A stretch of DNA of 63,834 bases, counting the filler, from Calcarisporiella thermophila CBS 279.70 (Eukaryota > Fungi > Calcarisporiellomycota), in the NCBI RefSeq assembly GCF_041956535.1. It is 6 parts of 5 records of this genome, joined end to end, with 100 filler letters (N's around TTAATTAATTAA, not from the genome) between each part and the next. Parts side by side here need not be neighbours in the genome. Positions count along the whole stretch, not along the records: positions 1 to 12,467 come from NW_027192227.1; positions 12,568 to 21,989 come from NW_027192211.1; 4 more parts are not named here. The stretch is one strand, 5' to 3'. This document shows positions 1 through 12,749 of this stretch, piece by piece (position 1 is the stretch's first letter; each line of letters starts with the position of its first letter). The translations under genes and the position numbers were made by a program. The notes below the pieces were generated by a model. That model made no database searches. It worked only from the letters and a program-made list of their open reading frames with translations, and was not told the DNA's origin.

Positions 1-46
1 TAATACTTACAGTTTTGTATGAAGGTTACTAACTTCATTATATTAG

Positions 47-217
47 TTGTATTGAAAGAAGGTGAGATACAGGAAGCAGGGTAAGGTCATCTTTTCTTAA
101 TCCATCCATCTATATCGCATTGACATTGTTACAATTAATAGCGAGCATGCCAAATTAATAGCGAATCCTGGAATATACTGCGAGCTAGTGAAACAACAAA
201 ATCTCAAATATGAGTGA
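47..217 (+). CDS. Last two exons of an ABCB/MDR transporter (copy A; gene starts before the window)
   Basis: Exons 47-80 and 142-217 encode VLKEGEIQEAG/EHAKLIANPGIYCELVKQQNLKYE*. These closely match the terminal exons of the ABC gene ending at 11555. Confidence 0.9.
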
Positions 218-1189
218 TCAAATAGACCACAGTCGGTGTTCTATGCTTCACTATGATGTAATCAATTTTGATATGCAGAATGAATTACATCCATTGAATA
301 GTTTAAGGATCCTTTAAAGTCCTCTTTGCAAATCTAAGGCAAATTGATATATATTAATAACAAAATTGAATTATGTATAATTAATATGGATTTTCTCCTT
401 AATTGAATAACAAATTTGCGACGAGCAATAAAAGGAAACAAAGGAATTATATAGTCAAAGGGTAATGTAGGGAGTAAATCAAAAACAAATTTTATAATCA
501 TCAAGTTTATTGGGAGATGCCGATCTGTCAGTGTTTTTGCCTAGAGAGGTATAGCTCAAGAAATTCTTCCCGATATGCATTGTTACTATTACGTTAGGTT
601 ATATTTTATGGTCTACTTCTCTGGGTCCCTCGTCAAAAATAATGGTTTGGCAGAAAAACAGATAGTTTATCATGACATAAATAGATGATAGAGGCAGATT
701 TATATTAACAAAATTAACGAAATAAAAAGAATATACTTACTCGAATATAAAAAGGAGGTTGGCAAGGAACAACAAATATGATAGATGGGTAACATAGGAA
801 TGGCAATAAAATAGACTCTAGATGGGAGCCTTCAAAAAATAAACCCTTTAATACATCCTTAAAGATTAACTACACCAAAATCTTCAGCTCGGAATTTTAT
901 ATCATGTGTTAAGTGGTCCCACTCTACACGAGAGTATTTTCTTCGTAACACATTTGTTGTAGTTTGCTTCTCACCAAGCAGTTTTACAGTATTACAAATT
1001 CTATTATGCTATCGAAATAGCAAGTAGATTACGTTTGTGTGAAACTTCTCAACTTAAATATATAATCAAAGCGAGATGGTGTTTTCCCGTGTCAATCGTG
1101 ATTTTAAATACAGTGCACAGCTCTCGAAGTTTAATTCAACTCCCCCCAAATAGGAAGCGATTAAGATATCTTTAATTTCTTCATTCTAA

Positions 1190-2235
1190 GGGCGTCGAGT
1201 TCGACCATATATACCCGCCAATTGCTTGTTGCAGTAATAAATACCGCATGCCGTACTTCGGTTAACGATTCGGTTGATGAAACAGAAAATCATTTGGGTG
1301 AGTGCACTAATCTGTGATTTGTTCTTGACTTCTGACATTTTGTACTTTCAGATTAAACTGAATTCATATACTGATCTACTTCGTCTCCTTAGTGCTCAGT
1401 ATCTTATTGACGGCATCTTACTTCCGGGAAATCTTTCACGACCTCATATATATATAATACTTACCAACAGAGACAATAAAAATTATTGCTCTTACTTCAA
1501 GATCCTCACTTTTCCCAAGCCGATTGAAGACAAAATCGTCAGATGGTCGACAAACTGCCAAAGAGAAGCTGTTCATTGATCAACTTTTTCATGTGTATTT
1601 GAGTGCTTGCTGTGTAGATTCAATTTTTCCAGACCGTGAAGCTTTTCTTGAAAATTACTATCGCAACGAACTAGATCCTGCCCTCGTCCACACCGCTGTC
1701 GCGAGAGCAGCTATCCATTTATTGCAATAACATCCAGAGACACCACTTGGAAACAAACTTCATGCAAATATAAGGAGTTAGCTTGCGCAGGCAAACAAGT
1801 CATTGGCAGACGTATTGGATGTGCCTTCTCCACAGAGTGTTCTTGGCTTTTTAAATATGGGTACATGTTTGCAATACCTTTCTCGTTATAAGGACGCATA
1901 CCCATTCTACTCGCAGGCCGTGCAGATAGCACTTTCTCTCCGGATGGACAAGGAAGATGCTACAGAGAAGGATCCTGTGCAGCTAGAATTTCGAAGAAGG
2001 ATCTGGTAAAAGTGAGCATTTACTTGCTTCCTCTGCTATATGAGTGCACTAATCTCATGTATATCGAATATTCCCAAGGGCTGATATTTGCTTGCGTGAA
2101 TTGGAATATTTATATGAACGCGGCAAGCCGTATCTAATTAGCATGGATATTGTTAAATCTTCCCCAAAACCAACGGTGACTGCAAGAGATAGCGAACCAT
2201 ACGAGTTTGCAACAGAAATTAGAGGTAATAACCGT
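1190..2235 (+). pseudogene. Fungal_trans-domain gene, copy 1 (decayed, 3' truncated)
   Basis: Collinear with 2370-4148. The start ATGs are mutated, there is a frameshift near 1555, an in-frame TAA at 1728-1730, and the intron-2 donor GT is changed to GA. Homology ends at about 2235. Confidence 0.88.
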
Positions 2236-2244
2236 ACTTATGGT

Positions 2245-2276
2245 GATGGTTTTGTTCCGGTATATCGGGGTTTTAG
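2245..2276 (+). promoter_or_regulatory. Conserved upstream motif (G)RTGG(T/G)TTTGTTCC(C/G)GTAT of the Fungal_trans genes
   Basis: Recurs about 120-135 nt before the (former) start of all four copies: about 1074-1107, 2245-2276, 12198-12238 and 27190-27230. Function is inferred. Confidence 0.5.
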
Positions 2277-2369
2277 ATTTATCATTCAGCCCTAGATTTC
2301 TATTTCAACTAGCCACAACTACATTCAGAAGCAGCTCCATATATCTTCGCTTCCTTCATTCCAAATGCA

Positions 2370-4148
2370 ATGTTTTCTACCATGTATACTCATCAGTTGC
2401 TAGATTCTCCAATCAATAACATATGTTCCATTCCTTCGAATAATACAACAGATGAAACAGAAGGCCATCTGCACGAACATACTAATATTTCTGATTTATT
2501 CCTGCCTTCAGATGCTTTGTGCTTGCAGCTCAGGCTGAATTCATTTACTGATCTACTTCATCTTCTGAGCGCCCAGTATCTTATTGATGGAACATTACTA
2601 CCGGAAAGCCTTTTTCGCCCTCAAATATATCCATTCTCCACCAGCAGGGTGCTTACAGGCTACTGCTCCTATTTCAAGATCCTTTCTTTACCGAATCCAA
2701 TTGAAGATAAAATCGTCAAACGGCCGAAATGGTCTATCACTACCAAAGAGAAGTTGCTCATCGATCAACTTTTTCATATCTATTTGAGTACTTGCGGTGT
2801 AGGTTCAATACACCCAGACCGTGAGGCATTTCTTGAGAGTTACTATTGCAACGAACTCGAGCCTGCCTTCGTCCACACCGCTGTCGCAAGTACAGCAGTC
2901 CATTTGTTGCTAAGACATCCAGAGACATCCTTGAGTAGTAAGCTTCATGCGGTTGTAGGGAGTCTGTTTGCTCGGGCAAAGCGGTCACTGGCAGACGTAT
3001 TTAATTTTCCATCTCCACAGATTGTTCTTGCATTTTTAAACATGGATAATTGCTTGATAAACTTGTCTTGTTATGAGGACGCGTACAGGTTCTACTCGCG
3101 AGCCGCACAAATGGCACTTTCTCTTCAGATGTACAAAGACGTCGCTACAGAGAAGAGCTCTGAGCAGCTAGAGTTTCGAAGAAGAATCTGGTAATAGTAG
3201 CCATTTTCTTCTAAGCTATATTGCGTATAAATTGATAACTAGTAAATCGAACATTTCTAAGGGCTGTTATTTGTATGCGAGAACTGGAATCTGTATATGA
3301 ATTCGACAAGTCGCCTCTAATAAGCATGGATATTATCAAATCATCCCCAAAACCGACGGTGACAGCGAGAGATAACGATACATATAAGTTTGCAACAGTA
3401 ATTAGACATAATAGCTGTTAAAGTTTTATTTAACCAAATCAACAATCTATATATATCAGATATATTTATTACTGCAGATTACCACATTTTCTAAACTCTT
3501 GGAGCTACAGAACATTGATTGGGCGCTTCCCGATGTTATTATCACTCAAAAACTGGCTGGCCTTGCTGCATATTTGCAAAATGAGCGAACCGAATTAGCT
3601 CGATACTGCAATGAAGGAGACCTAAAAAAAGTTCTTCATCCTGCGGTATATTTCGATTTTTGGTTTCATTGGTGTGCTCTTTGGCGGCAATTTATTAAGT
3701 CAGATGCACCCACCGGGAGATTGGAGACGAATTTAATGCAACGGTTGCGTGGAAAGGCATTCGACGAATATGTCAAGGTAACGTTATTTTTGAAATTCTG
3801 GATACTCGTTGACTGCCACTATATTATTTCAATACATCGTTAAAAAAGGGCATAATCCATTGCATAAGGTTCTTTAAGGGTATAACTTGTGCTCGAAACA
3901 GATGTACTACTAGATATCTTTTAGCGGCCCATATTGTTTGCAAAGATATTAAATTTATCGCTCGAATGCATCCTAGTGTTCGGATAAGGCGAAAAATATT
4001 CCAAGAACTTATTATGATACTAAATATTCTGGAATCTCTGGAAATTAGAGGAGTTTTGTCGCAGCTGCTCTCACGTCAATTCATGGATATATTAGAGGAG
4101 ATAAAACCAGCAGTATTTTCAAAGGAGGTGCTAGAACGTACAGCCTAA
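2370..4148 (+). CDS. Fungal-specific transcription factor (Fungal_trans/MHR) domain protein lacking a Zn2Cys6 cluster, copy 2, apparently intact
   Basis: Four exons (about 2370-3190, 3262-3397, 3460-3777, 3848-4148) with GT-AG introns. The motif AAQMALSLQMYKD...EQLEFRRRIW is typical of PF04082. Confidence 0.85.
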
Positions 4149-7100
4149 ATCCAAAGTAGAACAAAACTAGAAATCGAAAAAAAAGTATTAGTGTAGCTGG
4201 ATTATACGATATATTTTGTTGCTTTGATTTGAAACGGCAAAAAATATAGAGATTTACGTGGTAGATCACTGGAAGAATGTATCTTACGTACTGACAATCA
4301 CTTTTTAACGAAAAGAGCTCATAAATTTTATATTATTTAGCGCTCATTTACAGTTATCTCAATGAGGTAATTCTTGTTAGTTTACTCAAAGTAAACAACA
4401 AGCATTTTAAAATTGTACCGGGGTGGACCATTGAGCTATACCTCTCTTAGTCTGAAAATAAACTCGTCGACATTCTACAATAATTTCAAGGATAACAATT
4501 TTATAGTGTTATCTTTTACTCTAACCATCTTTGGCCATTTTTTTTTAGTCCCATTTTTTCCATGAGCTCTCAAACATTACTAGCATCTATACCGGAGGAA
4601 AATCGTAAAATAATGAAGGATAGCAAACTAAACATTTGACCCTAGCCTGTTAATTTTTGCACTATATTTGAACACCATAACTCTCTTTGATGTGTCCCAT
4701 TTCATTATTACCAGTAATGCTATTATAATCTCAATTAATTTATTAATCGCGATGCTTGGTGTTGGATATGACTCTCAGTTTTCGTGGATATCCTACTTTA
4801 CTGATTCTAGTTTCTTGTTTTGTTACTTGGTTACTAATAGATATTGAGAACATTTCCTTAGTATGGATTAAATATGTAGAAAATGCACTTAACCACTTGC
4901 TGTTCTAATATAATATTAAAATATATTTTAACAACATTGCTTCGCATTTTGTTCACAACAATCTTTACCGGGCTGCATAAGAGAAAATGGGATAGCGCAT
5001 ATCAAATCTCATCTCCAGCTGTTTATACTTCAAGTTTTTAGATACAAAAATGCCAAGCCTTTTGGGTGGTCCACGGGAAATGGGTTTGCCGTCCAAGGCT
5101 AGCTTGAATATTGAAGTGGCACTCTGCCTTTCTTATAAAACTCTCCCAATCACCCGAATGTCTGAATCCAGATTGAGCATCAGAAGTTCAACTACCGCCA
5201 GATTTGGAAAGAGATCATATTTCTAAGAAACAGAGTATTTTCTACATAAAATCACCAAATCCCATTATAAGTGTGGATTTTAATCCCTTTTCAACAATTC
5301 ATCAGCCAGTCTGATTTGGCGCAATAGAGAATATGCATTGATGGAGCCACGCTGTCATAATCCATTCCGCCTTCGTCGTGAGGAGAAACAATGTCACTCG
5401 ACTAGGTCAATACTTCAGTTTCCCACTGCCAGGGCACTCATCCCAGACACCAGGATTTGATCTCAGTGCTCTTAGCCAGCATATCTTCAAATTCTGGCAT
5501 TCCATTTGGCCCAGTCAGTCAACAGAAGGTCTGGCTGCTGTACAAGCGGCACGCACCGTCGTCAGGACCGGGAATTCAATGGTTCGTGGATTGGTTGCAG
5601 TTGCTTAAACTGGGCGAAATCCTTGCTTTTGTACATCCATTCCCGACTTCCATCTGAACTGCCACTTTAACCAAAAGACAAGATTGTACAAAAGTTAAGA
5701 CGAAATTCGCTACAAACTCTTAATTGAATGCTCACACCTCCTCATCATAGCTCCGAGATACCAGCGAAGTAAGTTGAAGTCGTAAAAGTAATGCCTGGAA
5801 ATACGAAACTTTTACTTGATATATGCCGCAGTATTATCAACCTTGTATCTATGGAAAAAAGTATAGAAAAGGACTCTTTCAATATCGCTATCATGATACA
5901 AAACTTTGCCGCAAGAACGCGAGGCAATCGAAAAAGAGTTGTACGAGGTTTAGGCACTAAGAGAAGTTAGTTGAGTCCAATTCTTTTTAGAAAGTATTAA
6001 CCATGCTTATACCGAAGATGGGACGTAACGATTTTGTCCCGATTGCCAACGATTAAGCGCGATAATTGTTGCAGACCATTATACCACACCAAGCATTGCT
6101 GGTTTGTTTCTCCATTTCTCTAATGGTCACTGTCTAGGTCGTTCGACGCCAATAAGAGCTCCACGTAACTGTTTCTTGAGATAAAGGAGGATTAATCGTA
6201 GAATGAATTTCGAACTCATATGGGTATTTTCCAGTATACTCGAATGCCATTTAGAGTTAAGAATTGACCTTTCATTTCCAAAAGCTAATGAAAAATGGCC
6301 TCGATAACTATACCGGTGATCTGAACATTTTGAGTACAATCTTTGAAGAATACCTTTTACATAGCTCAACGATTATCGTTCTTACCGCCCAAGTAGTCCC
6401 AGCTTTTTTATTGAGGTAGTCGCATGTCTTTTCCCCCGAACTCACCATGTGTGGTAATTCAGCCTCTGGTCTAGGAAGTGCCATAATGAAGGAGGAAGCA
6501 CATGTGGTCTCGCAATGAATAGAACTAATCACTGTATCAGTTTCAACAGTTTCTCGGCCTTTTAACATACTACAAAATTCCCTCTGAGTTTACTTAGCCT
6601 AGGAATTACAAATTGTACCGCCCTTTGTATTTATATGTATTGGCTACCATCATTCTAGTGTCATGTGAAAATCTTAATGCAAACTTGACTCCATTCGACT
6701 GCCTGAGAATCAGTGTCACCTTTTAGATGGCTCAAATTAATTCCTAAAAGCGATTGAATTTTTAGTTGTACATCCTATTTGGACTCATAATTACAATCGT
6801 AATATTTTACACTAAAATACATATTCGCTAGTAGTATTTTCTAAGAATACAGTTCACATTTAAATAATGCCAGATGTTTTCACAGCTAAACAGTCACTTT
6901 ATATTTAGCACAAAGGAATTTAGATGGTTTTTATATACTACACTTACTATCAAAGCAATTCAAACTCTAACCTCGAAATCACTAATACGCTTTGGATTAG
7001 TTACACATTAACTTTAGAGTATGTTTTGAGTTTTAAACTAAAGAATATATAAAGGACCTATTCGAAGTCAGTACATGTGTATAAATTTTCTTAACCGTAT

Positions 7101-7166
7101 TTTTATTGTTTTATTGATGTTTAAGTAATCTTATCCTGAAATAAGGATATCATATAACCGTGATCT

Positions 7167-10100
7167 ATGGAGCTTTCCGACTTGCATAGTGCCAACAATA
7201 CTAAATCCGCTCCATTGCCGAAAAGAAAAAAAATATTAAACCTTCCATTCCTCAACCTCCAAAGATCAAATGAGAAAACCCCTAAGATAGCTTATTTTCA
7301 CCTATATAGATATGCAAGTAAGTTTGATGTACTCTTGATTATGTGGGTATTGAGTTGGAATAGAATCGGTTCAGCTTCTAATATCCAATTATATAATCAC
7401 AATAGCCTTGGAATATTATCTAGTATTACAGGAGGCATTTCTAGGGCATTTGCTATTGTATTGCTATGGAAAGCTGTTGCTACCATCAATTCAGTAGGAG
7501 CCCCTGAGACTAGTAGCCAGGATGTGATTGGGGTTATTATACCGTTTATAGGATTAGTTATTTCAGTTATGCTTTCATCATATTTGCTAAATTGCTTTTG
7601 GTCACTTGCTGGTGAGAATCAGACAAAGGTAATCGAATTTTCCATTTATTCTATGACATATATTTTGAATGCATATTGTGATATATGCATAGCGTATCCG
7701 CGAGCTCTACTTCCATTCAATTCTCCACCAAGATCAGAGTTGGTTTGATCTAAACCAGTCGGAGTCTCTCAACACTCGTCTTTCAGCTGACACTTTGCTA
7801 ATCCAAGAAGGCCTTTCAGAAAAGGTCGGGTTTCTCCTTAAGGACATATCGTATGCTATAGCTAGTTTTACACTGGCTTTTTATTATGGATGGAGGCTAT
7901 CGATTGTATTGCTTGCGATTGTGCCGATGCTTATATTTTCGGGATTTGCATTTGCTTACGTATTAAAAGGGCAGATTGAAAAGGTTCAGAATGCCTATTC
8001 GAGTGCCGGAACCTTAGTAGAACAGTGTATATCCGGAATTCGCACAATTACCGCCTTTTCCATGCAGCATCATTTTATCGAGCTCTTCGATTCATATCTC
8101 AATGTGGCATATCGAGCTGGCATCCGGAAAGCTATGAGGGCAGGTGAGCCAATTTAGAGTGAAGCTTTATTCGAGAATGGCGGTGTTTAATAATGAAATT
8201 GAATTCAAGGAATTTGTATGGGGCTGGTGGAATTTATTGATTTTAGTGCCTATAGCTTTGCTTTTTGGTATGGGGCACGCTTAATTTCTCAAGGAGCAAT
8301 ATCAAGAACGGCAGCACTACAAGCTTATTTTCTAATAGTTGCGGGATCATATGCATTTGGGTAAATCCATATTTTTAAAAATACCAACACGAGATCTATA
8401 CTCATCCAAGTGTTTAAGTGTGATAGCACCGAATTACAAGGCGCTTGTGGAAGCTCAGGTAGCAGCACATAAAATATTTTCAGTTATTGACCGTAAGCCA
8501 GCTATCTCCTCGAGTAATAAATCTCAGAACAAGGGTATTAAACGAATCACTTGCCATGGTGAGATCACGCTTTGTGACGTTCATTTCAGCTATCCTTCGC
8601 GCCCAAGCGTCTCAGTGTTGTCAGGGATTGAACTTATTATACCTAGTGGCAAAACGGTCGCTCTTGTTGGCGCTTCTGGAGGAGGAAAATCAACCATTAC
8701 CCATTTGATACAGCGGTTTTATGACCCAAGCTCGGGCAAGATACTACTAGATGGAGTAGATTTACGTGAGCTTGATGTAAGTTGGCTGCGGAAACAAATC
8801 GGAGTAGTCGGACAGGAACCAGTTCTATTCGATGATACAATTCGTAACAATATTGCTCTTGGTGCACTCAATCACAATCCGACACAAAAGGAGATCGAAA
8901 AAGCATGTATTATGGCAAATTGCCATGATTTCATTAGCAGTCTGCCCCACGGATATGACACGAGAGTTGGAGAACTAGGCTCTCAGCTATCAGGAGGTCA
9001 AAAACAGCGTATTGCCTTAGCCAGAGCCCTAATTCGTAATCCAGCAATTCTGTTGCTAGATGAAGCCACATCCGCACTTGACACTGCATCCGAAAAGCTG
9101 GTGCAAGAAGCCTTGAACTCAGCTTCCAAAAATCGGACGACTCTAATCATTGCACACCGACTCTCTACGATTCGCGAGGCAGATTGGATTGTAGTGATTG
9201 AAAATGGAAAAATAGCTGAGCAGGGAATGCATGCAGATTTAATGGCTAAAGAGGGTACTTATATGGCGTATGTGCAGAAGCAACAGCTTAAAGTTGATGA
9301 AAGCAACAAGGAAGAGAATTCCGTTGATTCCTCCTTCAATCGTGTGGGCAAAATAGAGCCAGCTGACAAGACGAGGATAAAATGTGAATTGAAGGATGAA
9401 AATAAATTGGGGGAGTCTATCAATGTGAATACGATTTCAGAAAAGCGGCCAATGATCAGAACATTGCGAATGATATCCCCGGAATGGAAGTTCATTGGAT
9501 TAGCCACATTTGGCGGCCTTATCGTTGGAGCTGTGAGTTATATTTTCAGCTTCTTATAATTTTTATTATAACTAATCGCTTATTTTTCTAGACTTATCCT
9601 ATCGGTGGTTTAATAGTTGGCCGTATGGTTGCTGATCTAGGTCTGCCCGTTGACCAAGTAGAGGACGCTGCTAAGTTGTGGTCTCTTATATATCGTAAGG
9701 ATCTCAAATTTATATCAAATGCATTCAGACTTAAGTATATAACATTATTTCGCAATATAGTCGCGTTGGCTATCACATGTTTCTTTGCAACTATTCTGAG
9801 AGACGGGTTTACTATGTTATGTGGTGAACGTTTCGTTCGGCGTTTGCGATCACAAACATTCTGCAACCTCTTATGTCAGGAAATAGCATTCTTCGATCAC
9901 CCTGAACACACTTCAAGCACGCTTACGTACAGACTAGCCAAAGACGCCACAGAGATATCAGAATTGCCAAAATTGGTCCTTGTTGATGGAGGAAATGCTT
10001 TGTCGGCATTGTTCTTTGGATTACTCATTGCTTTTTGTTATGGGTGGAAATTAACGTTGATGCTGCTGCCGACCATGCCTCTGATTATAGGTTCATTGTT

Positions 10101-11555
10101 ATTCCACTTTAAGTCATTGAGCGGGTAATAATGAGTCGCCAATTAAATTAGATAGAAGTTGCTCAAGTATATGTTTAGTTTTTCAGGAAAGGTGGAAAAA
10201 GAGTATCGGCTAGCTGGAACAGTTGCTGGAGAGGCGATTCGTGAAATAAGAACCATCGCTTCACTTGGCGTTGAGGATATTTTCGAAAAGAAATATGCAG
10301 GTTAGTGATGCATCTAGTCTAAAAATTCAGCCTAGGTGAAATATTGAAATGTTTTAAATAGGTTATTGCCAGGTTCCGCATAGCTTCGCAATGAAAAAGG
10401 CATTTATTTCATCCATCGGATATGGATTATCTCAAGGAATATATAACCTCGTCTATATTTTGGGGTTGTATCTTGGAACGCGCCTCATCCATTCTGGTGA
10501 AATGATCCCACAGCAAGTTGCAGTGGTATTGTTTACAGTCGTATGGTCATGTGTAGCAATAAGCCAGCTCTCTGGTCAGATGCCTAGATTTGTTAAATCT
10601 AAGCAAGCTGCAATCAATTTGTTTGAACTGCTGGATAAAAAAACAATGATCGATCCGGATGCAACGGGTAAATTTGAAGCAATTGCGCCTGGAACTGCTG
10701 AATTGCAAAATGTTACTTTCACCTATCCAATGAGATCCGACGTGATTATAGTAAAAGATATATCAACATCAATCCGGCGATATCACAAAGTTGCCTTAGT
10801 AGGTCCGAGTGGGTGTGGAAAATCTACCATCATTTCTCTGTTGCTCCGATGGTACGATTGCAATTCAGGTGCAGTATCCGTTGATGGTATAAATGTCAAA
10901 GAGTGGCAGCTGGATTCGATGCGACAAAGAATTGCCTATGTTGGCCAAGAGCCGGTGTTGTTTGATATGACGGTGAGGGAGAATATCTTACTCGGGCAGC
11001 GAAAGGATCAAGATGTGACGCAAGAGGATATCGAAGAGGTGGCAAAGAAGGCAAACATACACGACTTCATCTGTAGTCTTCCCAATGGATATCATACACG
11101 GGTGGGGGATAAAGGAAAGCAGATTTCTGGAGGTCAAAAGCAAAGGATCGCAATTGCAAGAGCTCTGCTAAGAAAACCTGAAATCCTGCTGTTGGATGAA
11201 GCCACCAGTGCTCTGGATTCGGACTCGGAGAAGCTGGTGCAAGAGGCGCTAGACAGCGCAATGGTGGGGCGTACGACTCTTGTCATTGCTCATCGATTAT
11301 CTACCGTGCAAGATTCAGATATTATCAGTGAGTTTTATCATATACCCCAAGTATTATGAATGGTTCTAATCCCATATTATTAGTTGTAATGAAAGATGGC
11401 GAGATACAGGAAGTAGGGTAAGCTTTCTTTTTTCAACTCACCCAAACTATTAATATTGTATTGATTTATTAACATTCATTAGAGAGCATGCCAAGTTAGT
11501 TGCATATCCTGGAATATACCGCGAGCTAGTGAAACAACAGAGTCTCAAAAATTAG
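7167..11555 (+). CDS. Full-length ABCB (MDR/P-glycoprotein-like) transporter, copy B
   Basis: TMD-NBD-TMD-NBD layout. Walker A GASGGGKS and GPSGCGKS, signatures LSGGQ and ISGGQ, LLLDEATSALD and AHRLST in both NBDs. Multiple short introns. Confidence 0.97.
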
Positions 11556-11731
11556 AGATCTAATAAGTTGATGTCAATAATCCGTGCTTCATTATAATTT
11601 AAAAGAATTCTGTAAGTGTTCTCTTTGGCAAAATTTATAATTATAATTATTTGAAAATGAACAATAAAACAAAATAAAAGAATTACTGTATGTAGTCAAA
11701 TACTGTATGTTTGCTAATCTTAGCCAATCTT

Positions 11732-11819
11732 TTGGCAGCCAGACAATACAGTCTTAATAGATAGATAATCTATCAATAAAGACGATCTATCTATTAAGAC
11801 TGTATTGTCTGGCTGCCAA
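11732..11819. repeat. Perfect 35-bp inverted repeat with 18-nt spacer
   Basis: TTGGCAGCCAGACAATACAGTCTTAATAGATAGAT at 11732-11766 and its reverse complement at 11785-11819. Confidence 0.95.
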
Positions 11820-12332
11820 TAGATGGTCTTTATTGATAAAACACGATAATAAAAAGAAATAATAACTTTACTATTTTTGGGTAATAATATGTCAGTGAAG
11901 AATATTTTATAAAAAAGTTGATTTCATATACTGTAGAAAAAGAAATCAGGTGAGTGCGCTCGATTATCAAACTCGTTGTGCATCTTTTAAGAAATATTAT
12001 GCCAGAAAACAGTAGCTTGCAATTTTATTAAGCATAAGCGAGTCTTCTCGCTTTTCAGAGGTAACTATTTTCACGACCCATTTATTGCATTTTGTTCTTC
12101 TCGCCAATCTGTTATACTGAAAATTCTTCCATAACATTGACACAACATTGAATTGATTGCACTCTCTGGTCTTTTTTAACTATATCCGTAAATATCGGAT
12201 AGAGGTGGTTTTGTTCCCGTATCAATTGGGATTTTAATTGCATTCAACACTCGATATCTATTTCTAACTTCCAAAACTAATTTGGAAGCAAAGTTTTCCT
12301 TAGCTATCTTTGATTTCTTCATTCCAATGACA

Positions 12333-12467
12333 ATGTTTTCCACAATGTGTACCCGCCAATTGCTAGCTGGGCCAATGAACGCTATATGCATCACTTTTGC
12401 AGACAGTACTACAGATGAAACAGAAAACCAACTGCATGAACATTCTAATCTTTGTGATATACTTTTG
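12333..12467 (+). CDS. Fungal_trans-domain gene, copy 3, 5' end cut by an assembly gap
   Basis: MFSTMCTRQLLAGPMNAIC...DETENQLHEHSNLCD matches the N-termini of copies 2 and 4. Confidence 0.85.
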
Positions 12468-12567
12468 NNNNNNNNNNNNNNNNNNNNNNNNNNNNNNNNN
12501 NNNNNNNNNNNTTAATTAATTAANNNNNNNNNNNNNNNNNNNNNNNNNNNNNNNNNNNNNNNNNNNN
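12468..12567. other. Artificial contig linker N44-TTAATTAATTAA-N44 (also 21990-22089, 26034-26133, 53796-53895, 61718-61817)
   Basis: The same 100-nt structure occurs five times. The 12-mer gives stops in all six frames. Confidence 0.97.
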
Positions 12568-12620
12568 ATATTCTACGTAACATCATCAAAATAATCCGAT
12601 TAAGTGAAAGCGTGAACACC

Positions 12621-12749
12621 CCCATAATTAATAACATGAAAAATAGGTGAAAAATTTGTAAAAATTTAGGGAATCGCGAACCTCCTCCAACTTATCTACA
12701 TGCTCCTAAACGTTTTCTAGCGGTTTTCACCAGATGGATTTTTGTAGGG
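12621..12749. mobile_element. Right half of a CCCTACA...TGTAGGG MITE (same family as 63335-63588)
   Basis: Aligns with about 63459-63588 and ends at the same TTTTTGTAGGG terminus. Confidence 0.75.

Noticed and set aside
12512-12523. Recurrent TTAATTAATTAA palindrome as a biological repeat
   Set aside because: It is always centred in exactly 44+44 Ns, so it is a scaffolding linker.
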